Below are positions 1 through 11,200 of a stretch of DNA of 64,000 nucleotides, one piece after another. A program made the translations under genes and the position numbers. The DNA is from a virus. Location: IMG/VR virus record IMGVR_UViG_3300037541_000522, positions 1 to 64,000 of that record, one strand, 5' to 3'. The first letter of the stretch is position 1. Every line of letters begins with the position of its first letter. The notes beneath the pieces are model-generated. The model was not told the DNA's origin. It saw nothing but the letters and a program-made list of their open reading frames with translations, and searched no databases.

Positions 1-1605
1 CTAGTGTAAAAATAGCTACTGATGCTATTACTAGTGTAAAAATAGCCAATGATGCTGTTACTGCTGATAAAATTATTACTAATGCTGTTACCGCTGATAA
101 AATCAATGCTAACGCTGTTACTGCTGATAAAATCAATGCTAATGCTGTTACTGCTGCTAAAATAGAGGCTAATGCTGTTACTGCTGATAAAATCAATGCT
201 AACGCTGTTACCGCTGATAAAATTAGTGCTAACGCTGTTACCGCTGATAAAATTAGTGCTAACGCTGTTACTGCTGATAAAATCAATGCTAACGCTGTTA
301 CTGCTGATAAAATCAATGCTAATGCTGTTACTGCTGATAAAATCAATGCTAATGCTGTTACTGCTGCTAAAATAGAGGCTAATGCTGTTACTGCTGATAA
401 AATTAGTGCTAACGCTGTTACCGCTGATAAAATTAGTGCTAATGCTGTTACAGCTGATAAATTAAGTAGCAATACTATATTAGTAAATCAATCACTAACA
501 GTAGGTAATCCAGTAGTAACAGGCACAACTATTACATCAGGTAGTGGAGCCGTTATTACTGGCGGAAGTAGTAATGCTAGCAATACTGTAGCTTTTGGCA
601 ATAGTACTGCTAATATTGTAGTAAAAGATGGAGTTATTGCTCTTAATGGAGATATAGTAGGTACAAGTAATATTAAAACAAATGCAATTACTAGTGAAAA
701 AATAGTTTCTGATGCCATTACTAGTGAAAAAATAGTTTCTAATGCCATTACTAGTGTAAAAATAGCTACTGATGCTATTACTAGTGTAAAAATAGCTACT
801 GATGCTATTACTAGTGTAAAAATAGCCAATGATGCTGTTACTGCTGATAAAATTATTACTAATGCTGTTACTAGCGTAAAAATAGCTACTGATGCTATTA
901 CTAGTGTAAAAATAGCTACTGATGCTATTACTAGTGTAAAAATAGCCAATGATGCTGTTACTGCTGATAAAATTATTACTAATGCTGTTACTGCTGATAA
1001 AATCAATGCTAATGCTGTTACTGCTGATAAAATCAATGCTAATGCTGTTACTGCTGATAAAATTAGTGCTAACGCTGTTACCGCTGATAAAATCAATGCT
1101 AATGCTGTTACTGCTGATAAAATTAGTGCTAACGCTGTTACTGCTGCTAAAATAGAGGCTAATGCTGTTACCGCTGATAAAATCAATGCTAACGCTGTTA
1201 CCGCTGATAAAATCAATGCTAATGCTGTTACTGCTGCTAAAATAGAGGCTAACGCTGTTACTGCTGATAAAATCAATGCTAACGCTGTTACTGCTGATAA
1301 AATTAGTGCTAACGCTGTTACTGCTGATAAAATCAATGCTAACGCTGTTACTGCTGATAAAATCAATGCTAACGCTGTTACCGCTGATAAAATCAATGCT
1401 AACGCTGTTACTGCTGCTAAAATAGAGGCTAACGCTGTTACTGCTGATAAAATCAATGCTAATGCTGTTACTGCTGATAAAATCAATGCTAATGCTGTTA
1501 CTGCTGATAAAATCAATGCTAATGCTGTTACTGCTGCTAAAATAGAGGCTAATGCTGTTACCGCTGATAAAATTAGTGCTGGTAGTATTACAGCCGATAA
1601 ATTAA
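1..1605 (+). repeat. 30-bp coding tandem repeat (aatgctgttactgctgataaaatcaatgct) in two blocks, each followed by a copy of a ~200-bp duplicated segment
   Basis: 30-nt period directly visible. Segment ~451-650 recurs at ~1591-1790. Confidence 0.95.
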
Positions 1606-2918
1606 GTAGCAATACTATACTGGTAAATCAATCACTAACAGTAGGTAATCCAGTAGTAACAGGAACAACCATTACATCCGGTAGCGGAGCCGTTATTACT
1701 GGGGGAAGTAGTAATGCTAGCAATACTGTAGCATTTGGTAATAGTACAGCAAATATTGTAGTAAAAGATGGTGTTGTTGCTCTTAATGGAAAATTAGTAA
1801 GTAGTAATAATGCCAATTTTGGAGTAATACAGAGTATTTCACAAATTAAATATCTTTATGGTATAACAAGCCCGGCGGCACCAGATGAGGATTTTGATAC
1901 GCAAGGTTATAATGGTGAAAATTTTGTTAATGGTTTTGAATTGTCTAGCATAGCAAATGATGGAACTAAAGCTAGACCTATTGTTACTATTCCAGGAAAT
2001 ACAGATGCAACTAAAAGTTATAGAGTAAATTTAAAATTTACTCTTACAATGGAAATTTCACAGCATTTATTTACCGGAGTATACGGTATACTTGTGTATA
2101 GAACTAATATTGGTGATGGATATGCACCAGTAGATTCTTTAAGATTTAAACATACTCTTGGAATTAATCCTCCTGTAGGCACTGTGCATGTTTTTAAAAA
2201 ATATATCTATGGAGGCATTGATGCAGAGTGGGGTAAAGAGACCAAAGATATAGTTGTAGATATTTTAGAATCTACAGATGATGCTGCTAATAGTTTATAT
2301 CCTGGCTATACCGCAATTCAACATGGTAAAACTTATAGCTATCATATTTATTTCTTTAGTATGCAATACGGCCAAGATCGAGTAACTGTTCAAACAAATA
2401 ATTTTACGTACTATAATGGAGGTGATACAGTAATACCAATACCACATCTTGGACTATATGATATAAAATATGGTTATATTGTTAGGGGCCCAGGACTACC
2501 TTCTACTTATTTTCGAAGAACTCCTACACTTGCGGCTAATAGTGAATACTTAAGATTTAATACTAGTACTGATTTAAATATTGGTATGACTGTAAGTGGT
2601 CGAAGAATTCCTAAAAGATCTGCAATATATACTAAACCTAACAGTACAGAAATAAATTTAGCTACATTTGATGGATCTGGTTTTGGAAGAGATACAAGTT
2701 ATGTACCTATTATACCTATAAGTAATTCGGATTGGGATAAAGTATTTTTTGGTCCTCCGTTAATTAGAAGTATTAATAATGTTACAATAAGTATATGGGG
2801 ACAGTTTTCAATACCTTGGCAGTCCACAATTACAATAGAGCCTCAATTATACGGAGGTAAAGTAGGAGCTATATCTTATCCATCAGGAATTATAGAAACT
2901 ATAGTTTATTATATTTAA
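3..2918 (+). CDS. Tail/tail-tip fibre protein, 5'-truncated, with 10-aa repeats (AVTADKINAN)
   Basis: Frame 3 reads open from the window start and is continuous with track ORF 1941..2918. Translates as NAVTADKINA-type decapeptide repeats typical of phage tail-tip proteins. Confidence 0.8.
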   Translation, partial: SVKIATDAITSVKIANDAVTADKIITNAVTADKINANAVTADKINANAVTAAKIEANAVTADKINANAVTADKISANAVTADKISANAVTADKINANAVTADKINANAVTADKINANAVTAAKIEANAVTADKISANAVTADKISANAVTADKLSSNTILVNQSLTVGNPVVTGTTITSGSGAVITGGSSNASNTVAFGNSTANIVVKDGVIALNGDIVGTSNIKTNAITSEKIVSDAITSEKIVSNAITSVKIATDAITSVKIATDAITSVKIANDAVTADKIITNAVTSVKIATDAITSVKIATDAITSVKIANDAVTADKIITNAVTADKINANAVTADKINANAVTADKISANAVTADKINANAVTADKISANAVTAAKIEANAVTADKINANAVTADKINANAVTAAKIEANAVTADKINANAVTADKISANAVTADKINANAVTADKINANAVTADKINANAVTAAKIEANAVTADKINANAVTADKINANAVTADKINANAVTAAKIEANAVTADKISAGSITADKLSSNTILVNQSLTVGNPVVTGTTITSGSGAVITGGSSNASNTVAFGNSTANIVVKDGVVALNGKLVSSNNANFGVIQSISQIKYLYGITSPAAPDEDFDTQGYNGENFVNGFELSSIANDGTKARPIVTIPGNTDATKSYRVNLKFTLTMEISQHLFTGVYGILVYRTNIGDGYAPVDSLRFKHTLGINPPVGTVHVFKKYIYGGIDAEWGKETKDIVVDILESTDDAANSLYPGYTAIQHGKTYSYHIYFFSMQYGQDRVTVQTNNFTYYNGGDTVIPIPHLGLYDIKYGYIVRGPGLPSTYFRRTPTLAANSEYLRFNTSTDLNIGMTVSGRRIPKRSAIYTKPNSTEINLATFDGSGFGRDTSYVPIIPISNSDWDKVFFGPPLIRSINNVTISIWGQFSIPWQSTITIEPQLYGGKVGAISYPSGIIETIVYYI

Positions 2919-2928
2919 ATTATTACTA

Positions 2929-2967
2929 AAAAAATACCCGACCCTAAACCAGGGCGGGTATTTTTTA
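2929..2967 (+). terminator. Intrinsic terminator
   Basis: aaaaaatacccg-accct...aggg-cgggtatttttt hairpin with T tract. Confidence 0.85.
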
Positions 2968-2969
2968 CA

Positions 2970-2998
2970 TTGACAACTTTATGCTCTTGTGTTACAAT
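2970..2998 (+). promoter_or_regulatory. sigma70-type promoter
   Basis: TTGACA-17nt-TACAAT immediately after the terminator. Confidence 0.75.
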
Positions 2999-3079
2999 AG
3001 TTGAAAATGTCCGTTTCAAAACTAAAATTTTCAAGGAGCCAAACCTTTTAGGCTACTGCACGGAAAGAAAGGGTAAAGA

Positions 3080-3433
3080 ATGTTAGAAATATCAGAACAA
3101 GTCATTCAAGTCTTGGGCCTTATTGCTATAGCCGTTGTAGCCGCATTTTTTGGCATCCAGCAGCTAATAAAAAATTGGAAAGCAACCCAAGCAGAGTCGG
3201 GAATTATACAAATTATGCACCGAGAGCTAGAGCGAATGGGTGAGCAGAATACTAAACTAAGCCTAGAGCTTGGTAGACTACACGAGCAGATTATAGCCCT
3301 GAACAGGGAACTAGAAAAGCTTACACTCGAAAACCAACGCTTACAGGTTGAGGTAGTTGCACTAACAAATGAAGTCGGTATATTTAAACGACTAGCAAAA
3401 CAAGGAGCATACCTAGATGCAACAACCAGCTAA
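3080..3433 (+). CDS. Membrane-anchored coiled-coil protein (holin-like/unknown)
   Basis: N-terminal TM helix followed by heptad-rich C-terminus. Confidence 0.6.
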   Translation: MLEISEQVIQVLGLIAIAVVAAFFGIQQLIKNWKATQAESGIIQIMHRELERMGEQNTKLSLELGRLHEQIIALNRELEKLTLENQRLQVEVVALTNEVGIFKRLAKQGAYLDATTS

Positions 3434-4016
3434 AATTAATTATAAAGTGTATCAGGGTGCAACCTTTCAAGAAATTTATCGTTGGGAATCGCAAACAAAA
3501 GTTTACACACCCATCTCACAAATTTCTCGGAGTGCGCCTTGTGTAATAACTACAACTACTGCATCAAACATTCCCATTGGCTGGCGATTTCGTGTGGCGG
3601 GCGCTGGCGGAATGAAAGAAATTAATAGTGTGGGTGAGGATAATTGGTATATAGCTACTGGGGTTAGTGGTACGCAAATTACCATAAATCAGGTAAATAG
3701 TTTGAGTTATACTCAGTACACCAGTGGCGGAGTAGTAGAGTATAATGACTGGGTTGGACTAAACAATCTTACAGCACGTATGCAAATTCGTGAAACTGTT
3801 GAAAGTCCTGCCATAATATATCAGTGCGGAACCCAAACCGGTGAAATTGTCCTTGATCAAGTCTACAAAACAATTACTATAACTATTCCTGCCGGCATAA
3901 CCGAAGATTTTACTTTTGAAACTGCTGTATATTCTGTAGAATTAGTAGATCAACAAGGTAGAGTAACTCCTTTCTTAACAGGTAATTTAGTACTAGTTAA
4001 GGAGGTAACCCGATGA
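3417..4016 (+). CDS. Putative tail-fibre attachment/structural protein
   Basis: YQGATF...TARMQIR...AVYSVEL pattern of phage structural adaptor proteins; context. Confidence 0.55.
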   Translation: MQQPAKINYKVYQGATFQEIYRWESQTKVYTPISQISRSAPCVITTTTASNIPIGWRFRVAGAGGMKEINSVGEDNWYIATGVSGTQITINQVNSLSYTQYTSGGVVEYNDWVGLNNLTARMQIRETVESPAIIYQCGTQTGEIVLDQVYKTITITIPAGITEDFTFETAVYSVELVDQQGRVTPFLTGNLVLVKEVTR

Positions 4017-4279
4017 CAACTACAGTAGTCGTAGATAAAAATACTACAGTAACTATACGGGAACAAACAGTAAATACTGTAGTTGTACGAGACCAAACTC
4101 CCAGAACTGTTATAACCGGTATAATGGGGCCTCCTGGAAAAACTACAGTAAGTGGCCTAGAAGATGTTGATGTAACCTCTTTAAATCCCGGAAGTATACT
4201 AGTATACAATACACAAACTCAAAAATGGATTTCAACTACCTTGCTGAATCAACAAACAGTTGATTCAGGCCAATATTAA
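4013..4279 (+). CDS. Small structural protein
   Basis: GPPG motif and LEDVDV...GSILVYN...KW fibre-like repeat. Confidence 0.55.
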   Translation: MTTTVVVDKNTTVTIREQTVNTVVVRDQTPRTVITGIMGPPGKTTVSGLEDVDVTSLNPGSILVYNTQTQKWISTTLLNQQTVDSGQY

Positions 4280-4290
4280 AAGGGACAAAA

Positions 4291-5712
4291 ATGGCTTCTA
4301 TTATTAGAATTAAACGTTCAGAGGTAGCTGGAAATCCAAGTGTTCTAGCTGCAGGCGAAATGGCCTACTCTGGATTAGTTAATAACGATTCAAATGGCGG
4401 TGACCGCCTATACATTGGTATGGGTAACGAAAATAATGGTAACGCTGTTAATCACGTAGTAATTGGTGGTAAATACTTTACTGACCTACTAGATCATACA
4501 CGTGGTACACTAACAGCTAGTTCTGCCATTATCGTTGATGCAAATAAAAAGATCAATGAACTACTAGTAGATAATATTACAATAGATGGTAATAGCATCA
4601 CTAGCACTGATAGCAATGGTAATATAAATATTACTCCAGACGGTACCGGTATTACCATAATTAAAAATATTTATACCGATGCCAGCACTAGTCTTGCTGA
4701 GTATATCTACGACACTGTAGGTGGAGCAATTACTGCTGGTACAGGTATTACTGTAACTAATAGTGATCCCGGTAATACTAGTACAATTAGTATCACTGCT
4801 ACTGGCGTAACAGCTGGAAGTTACGGTTCTCAAACTGCAATACCTGTACTTACCGTTAATGCACAAGGTCAAATTACTAGTGTTAATACTGAAAATATTG
4901 CCACTAACCTAAATATTGCTGGCGGTACAGGTACTGATGCGGTTGCACTACTCACTGATACCTTAACATTTACAGGCGGTACTGGCGTTACTACTGCAGT
5001 TACTAATAATACAGTAACTATTAGCATAGGTCAAGCTGTTGGTACTACCAGTGATGTAACGTTTAATAATGTTACAGTAAATGGTCAATTAAGCAGTGAT
5101 GATATTACAGCTGCAAATATTAGTGTAGCAGGTAATGCTACTATTACTGGTAATCTTACTGTTCAAGGTACTACTACCACTGTAAATAGTACGGCCGTTG
5201 CAATTACAGATATTAACATTGAACTAGCCAAAGATGCTACAACTGCTGCTCAAGCTAATGGTGCTGGTTTAACAGTAACAGGAGCTGGTGCAACACTTAC
5301 TTATACCAGTGCAGATGATCGCTGGAATTTAAACAAAAACTTAGTAGTTACAGAAGTTATTGGTAATAGTGCTACAACTACTAAATGGAAAACAGCCCGC
5401 GACTTAAGCCTAACTGGTGATGCTACTGCTACTCTAGTAGGCGTAGATGGTAGTGCTGCAGTAAGCGCTGCAATTACCCTAGCTACTGTTAATGCAAATG
5501 TTGGTAGTTTTGGTGATGGTTATACAGTACCTACAGTAACAGTTAATGCCAAAGGCTTAGTAACTGCAGTAACCACAACAGCAATTCCAACTGCAACTGC
5601 AGCAGCAACTAGCGGTGCAGCTACACTAGGCTTAGCAAAATTTAATAGTGCAAACTTTACAGTTGACAGTGGCTGGGTAACTATAAGTGTAGTTGAAGGC
5701 GGAAGTTATTAA
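4291..5712 (+). CDS. Tail fibre protein
   Basis: N-terminal IRIKRS...LAAGEMAY motif; T/G/A-rich repeats (VTAGSYGS...TVNAQGQIT). Confidence 0.75.
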   Translation: MASIIRIKRSEVAGNPSVLAAGEMAYSGLVNNDSNGGDRLYIGMGNENNGNAVNHVVIGGKYFTDLLDHTRGTLTASSAIIVDANKKINELLVDNITIDGNSITSTDSNGNINITPDGTGITIIKNIYTDASTSLAEYIYDTVGGAITAGTGITVTNSDPGNTSTISITATGVTAGSYGSQTAIPVLTVNAQGQITSVNTENIATNLNIAGGTGTDAVALLTDTLTFTGGTGVTTAVTNNTVTISIGQAVGTTSDVTFNNVTVNGQLSSDDITAANISVAGNATITGNLTVQGTTTTVNSTAVAITDINIELAKDATTAAQANGAGLTVTGAGATLTYTSADDRWNLNKNLVVTEVIGNSATTTKWKTARDLSLTGDATATLVGVDGSAAVSAAITLATVNANVGSFGDGYTVPTVTVNAKGLVTAVTTTAIPTATAAATSGAATLGLAKFNSANFTVDSGWVTISVVEGGSY

Positions 5713-5758
5713 AAGGTAGTTTTTTAACTACTAGTACAAGTCCTTTTTAGGAAACACT

Positions 5759-8275
5759 ATGGCTAGATTAATACTTAAAAAATCAGCGGTTATTACCGAT
5801 GGTGCACCAAAACAACCTGCGCCAGGCGACCTTGAGTACGGTGAGCTTGCCCTTAACTATGCAGTTGGTACACTCTACTACAAAAAATCTGATAATACAA
5901 TTGGTGCTATTGGCGCAGGTGCTTCACCTGGCAACGGCACCCTGACACTCCAGGCTCAGGCGGGCCTAACTAACACTAGTGTTTCCATTGGTACAGGTAC
6001 AGGATTTAGTGCTAATACTGCAACTAATACAACCTATCAAGTTAATGTTGGTCCAGCACTTAGTGCACTAGCTGGCACCATGACAGGTGCAGGTAGTGGC
6101 TTTTTACGCAAGTCGGGTGCTGATACTTATGAGGTAGATACTAATACGTACGCTACTGCAAGTAGTTTAGCTAATTACTTGCCGCTTGCTGGTGGCACCA
6201 TGACTGGTGCTATTAACATGAGCGGGACTCAAACCCTTACACGTGCTGGTTTTGCTGGTATTGAGTACTACAATACTGCTGGTACTTGGGAAGTCTATAT
6301 TGGTACTGAAAATAACACCGGCAATGTACGGTATAATTCTAGACAGGGTACACATACTTGGTATGCAAATGGAACTTCCATAGGTTCTTTAGCTTCAACA
6401 GGGCTTAATGTTGCCGGAACCTTAACTTTACAAGGTAATAGACTAGGTATTAAAAATACTGCTATTACCGCTGGCATAGACAGCGTAGCAGGATGGGCTT
6501 ACGACAGCACATTTAGTGTTGCTAATCCAGTTGATATATTCTTTAAACCAGACGGTTTAATAATGTATCTAGCGTTTTCTAATTCAATTACCCAGTATAA
6601 TTTGTCAGTTGCATGGGATATCACCACAGCAGTAGCAGGCTCAACATTTTCAATGTCACTAATTGACGTTAGTACATTAGGATTGTTTATTAGTCCAGAT
6701 GGTACTAAGATGATAACCTCTGGTAACAGTGGAGTTGTTATTGCCAACGGTTCAGGTGTTGCAGGCGAAGATAGAGCTTACTATTTTACCTTAGGTACAC
6801 CTTGGGATATAACAACCGCTAGTTTAGTAAGTTCAATACGATTTGCCATAGGTGATGCAGGTGGTATTCCAGCAGCAATGACTGCACCACAGGCGGTAGA
6901 CTTTAAGAATGATGGTACAATAATGTACATCATAGATTCAACTACTGATGCTGTGCATCAGTTTGCGTTGAGTTCGGCATATAATGTTGCAACGGCAACC
7001 TGGACTAAACAATTTAGTGTTAGTGGCCAAGAAAGCGGCCCAACTGGTCTGAGATTTAACACTGCTGGTACACGCATGTACGTATACGGTAGTACCGGAG
7101 ACGACGTAAATGAATATAGATTGGGCACAGCGTGGGACATTGCCACTGCTGTATTTTATGATAAATTCTACACAGGTTGGTTTGAACCTACTCCAACCGG
7201 TATATACATTAACGAATCTGCTAACGTAGCATTCTTATGCGGATCTAGTGGTGATGTAGTATTAAAATTCCGCACAGATCGTCAGGCAGTAGAGATTGAC
7301 GCAGAAACTACTACCAGTAAAATTGAACTTGCTGGCAACACGAGAGTTACAAATAACTTTTACGTTAACGGACGTACAGTACTTGAAGGTCGAGTTGACA
7401 CCCTTGGAGATCTTGTTATCGGGGGTGATATTACAGTTCTTGGTAATGATTTAGTTGTTGGTTCTGCTACGAGTAGTGCGACATTATTCTCTGGATTAAC
7501 GTCGGGTGCTTTAAGCATCGCTACCAGCGAAACAACTGGTGCAATTACTGTAGGCGGAACAGCAGCCACTGGTGTAATCACCGTCGGTCAGTCCACAGTT
7601 AATCAGACTTTAAACTTATCATCGGGTGCTACTACCGCAGTTTCGACTAAAGTTATTAATATTGGTACCGCCGGTCTTGCAGGTTCGACTAGTACAATTA
7701 ACATCGGATCAACAGTTTCGGGAGCACTGGGTGTTACTACAATAGGTGGAACACAAACTATAATTAGTTCTACTACTTCTGCTGTTTCAACTACTACTGG
7801 TGCATTAGTAGTTGCCGGTGGAACGGGTATTGGTGGAAATTTACATGTTGCCGGAACCCTAACACACGCAGGCCTAGCTCCTAGTACCGGTACTGGTATA
7901 GATCAAGTATATACTCATCAACAAAGCATCACACTAACTACTAGCTGGCAAGATACTGGAGTAAATGCTGCCGAACTTGCAACTGGTAGTTATATTGTTC
8001 AAGTAACTAACGTAAGTGACCATACAGTAGGTGGTACTCAATATCAAGAATACTATACTGGCGTAATGAGTTGGTTTGCTGGCAATACTAATAGTGAAGT
8101 AACTGATGAAATTGTCTTGCACCGAGCAGGGCACGCACCAAATAGTGGAACAATATTCCTAAGAGTTCAAAGAACTCCTGGTGAAAACGCAGACGATTTA
8201 AAGCTACAGGTAGCTGGAACAACTACGAATAGTGCGGCATACCAGTACACATTTAAGTTTCGCAGATTGATATAA
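5759..8275 (+). CDS. Tail fibre/adhesin with beta-propeller-like repeats
   Basis: N-terminal LEYGELALNY motif; repeated FKPDG..MY / QY.LS.AWDI.TA blades. Confidence 0.75.
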   Translation: MARLILKKSAVITDGAPKQPAPGDLEYGELALNYAVGTLYYKKSDNTIGAIGAGASPGNGTLTLQAQAGLTNTSVSIGTGTGFSANTATNTTYQVNVGPALSALAGTMTGAGSGFLRKSGADTYEVDTNTYATASSLANYLPLAGGTMTGAINMSGTQTLTRAGFAGIEYYNTAGTWEVYIGTENNTGNVRYNSRQGTHTWYANGTSIGSLASTGLNVAGTLTLQGNRLGIKNTAITAGIDSVAGWAYDSTFSVANPVDIFFKPDGLIMYLAFSNSITQYNLSVAWDITTAVAGSTFSMSLIDVSTLGLFISPDGTKMITSGNSGVVIANGSGVAGEDRAYYFTLGTPWDITTASLVSSIRFAIGDAGGIPAAMTAPQAVDFKNDGTIMYIIDSTTDAVHQFALSSAYNVATATWTKQFSVSGQESGPTGLRFNTAGTRMYVYGSTGDDVNEYRLGTAWDIATAVFYDKFYTGWFEPTPTGIYINESANVAFLCGSSGDVVLKFRTDRQAVEIDAETTTSKIELAGNTRVTNNFYVNGRTVLEGRVDTLGDLVIGGDITVLGNDLVVGSATSSATLFSGLTSGALSIATSETTGAITVGGTAATGVITVGQSTVNQTLNLSSGATTAVSTKVINIGTAGLAGSTSTINIGSTVSGALGVTTIGGTQTIISSTTSAVSTTTGALVVAGGTGIGGNLHVAGTLTHAGLAPSTGTGIDQVYTHQQSITLTTSWQDTGVNAAELATGSYIVQVTNVSDHTVGGTQYQEYYTGVMSWFAGNTNSEVTDEIVLHRAGHAPNSGTIFLRVQRTPGENADDLKLQVAGTTTNSAAYQYTFKFRRLI

Positions 8276-8299
8276 CCTCTGATAAATAGGGACGAGGAT

Positions 8300-11200
8300 A
8301 TGTTTAAAGTAAAAGATGGTATCAGAATAGGTGCCCAAGAATTTGTAGACGGCAGCAGAAATGTAACTGCAGGCACAGTCTCGGCCTCAGACGTTACCAT
8401 TAGTGGCGAGCTTCGTGGCCCAGCTACTATGTATATTGACCCTGCCGGTATCGGTGATAATACAGGTACGCTAGTAATTCGTGGTAATTTACAAGTAGAC
8501 GGTACAACTACTACAATTAACTCTACCACAGTAGCTATTGATGACCTAAACCTACAATTAGCTACGGATGCCCCTAATGCAGCTGCTGCAGATGGTGCAG
8601 GTATTACTATTGGTGGTGCAGGTGCAACCTTTACCTATGTGTCCAGTGGCGACAAGTGGCAGCTAAATAAATCCTTAGAAATTAATGGCAATCAGGTTTG
8701 GCATGCTGGCAACTTAACAAATCTTAACCAACTTACTAATGGTCCAGGCTATATTACCGGTTATACAGAAACAGATACACTCGCAACTGTAACTGCAAGA
8801 GGTGCAAGTACAAGTAATTCAGTTACACTGAGTGGAACGGGGAATCAGTTTGGTGGTCACTTCTATTTTCTTCCTTGGGATTCTGCTGGAAATCACTATC
8901 CTCATTTTAACGACGGAGGTAATGCTTCAGGATCTAAAGTTAATTGGCGTCTATTTACCGGAGGCACCAATAGCATAACACACTATTGGGATACTGGATA
9001 TACGTATTTTGCGAATAGAGTTGAGTCTGCGAGTGACATGCGCGCTACACTATACTATGATGCTACTAATACTTCTTATTATTTAGATCCAGCAGCAGGA
9101 TTTTATCTGTTTGCGAGTTCATCAAGTGCTGTTATAAATGGCACAGAATCTTCTTCTGGGCTTATTATTCAAAACAATTCCACTGGTGGTCCAAAACTTT
9201 CTCTTAAATCTACAGCAGCATCTGGAAAAGATCTATGGTTTATTTCCAATAATACCAGTAACACAGATGGAGCTGGCAGACTCCAGTTATGGAATAATAG
9301 CGACGGCTACACTTTTGCTACTTTTGGCACTACTGCAGGCGCTAATCATTTTATCTATGGTGCATATACACAAATGAGTGGTAGTGCGAGAGCACCAATA
9401 TTCTATGATTCAGATAACACTGGTTATTATGTAGATCCAGCAAGTACGTCAAATCTTTCGGGTTTAACTGTTAGTAATGCTATTTCGGGTAACGTTACAG
9501 GATACTCTAAGTGGATTGACAGAGTCCCTGCATATCAATGGAGCAACTCAACCCTGCCATCTGGGTATAACTCCGGGGTGGAGACATCATTTGTTTCTTC
9601 TGCTGAAGGGTGGCCACAATACGGCGTTGTATTAAGTGTAATGGGACGTGTTCCTGTAGATCCGGGTGGAAATTTTCAATTATTCATGGGACATGGTGCA
9701 AGCTATGGAGGATTAGGGTTAAGAGTTAGATCAATCAATCAAACAAATAATCTTTGGACTTCTTGGAAAATTTTACTTGATGAAACTAACTACACTAATT
9801 ATGCAATGCCTATTGGTTCTTCAGCAACAAACTCTGTTGATATAAGAGCACCGATATTCTATGATTCTGCTGACACTGGTTATTATGTCGATCCGAATAA
9901 CACATCCCGTTTAGCTGAATTGAGAGTTGGCGGTGGACCTGGTGGTAGTACAGCGGGTAACTTATACATACAAGGAAATAATGATTGGAGATGGATTGCC
10001 GGACACGTGCCAAACTATGGTGTAGGAAATGGATTTGGCTTATATAGCGATTCTCTTGGTTACTATTTAATGTCTTTATCGACTTCAGGAAATTGGTATT
10101 TTGGTGAAAACAATCACAATTCATCTCACAGAGTAAGTATCAACGGTACCGGATATGCATCTGGTGATTTTAGATCTCCTATCTTCTATGATTCAAACGA
10201 TACTGCATATTATACAGATCCTGCAAGTACATCTAGGTTAAATAGCATTCTTCCAAATGAAATTCAACTTTATGCAGGTAAAATACAACATGGATCTGGT
10301 TCTGGTGGAACTTCATTTGGTGGGGGCCATTATTCACAGGGTATGGATATAGCTAATGGCTATAGTAGTTGGTCATATCCATATAAAGACTATATCATTG
10401 GACACCATACTGGAATTAGAATAGGTGGTTATTATAATTACGGAGGAACACGATTCTATAATAATTCTCCGACAACTGATGCTGATATGAATGGTCATGG
10501 TGATGGTGGAGAAACACTATTATTCTCGACGGGAATGTGGGATAATAATGTTAGATCACACGTTACGCTGTATGCTCCATTTATATACGACCTTGATGAT
10601 ACTAATTATTATCTAGATCCAAACAGTGGCTCTAGACTACTTCACATTTTTGCTGGAAACGTAAGTTCCAGCAATGATGGTAGTTGGAATGCTAGAATGA
10701 ATCTTGTTGGTTCTGCTCATGCGAGATTAGATGTAGTTAGCAATAGTGATGGCATTATCACTACGATGTATTCACACACTGGTCAAGGCGTGGGCAAAAT
10801 TGGAACGATGTCTAATCATCCGCTAACGTTAATGGCACAAGGCGCTAATGACGGAGGATACGTTTACAACGGATCAATTCGTTCACCAATTTTCTATGAT
10901 GCTAATGATACTAATTATTATTTAGATCCAGCTAGCACATCGAGATTAAACACTTCGCGAATTGGGAACATTAATGTAGGTTCTGGAACTTATTTAAATA
11001 CGATAACACCAATTGGTGATGGTAATATTAATTTAAGTGCACCAAGTGGGGCATTTTATTTTGACACTTGGCCAAGGATGCCAGGATTATATGATATTAA
11101 TGATACTGCATACTATGTAGATCCAAATTCAAATTCTAAACTCGTAAATCTTGGATTAGGTGGTGCCACACCAGACGTAAGATTAAGTATTAGTGGTGAT

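Noticed and set aside
1-1605. Possible CRISPR array
   Set aside because: Contiguous tandem units with no unique spacers, in frame within a protein; no cas genes.
172-1816. Leu-rich ORFs 172..375 and 949..1155, and antisense ORFs 488..1612 and 1628..1816
   Set aside because: Alternate-frame or antisense shadows of the 30-bp coding repeat; the real frame is +3.
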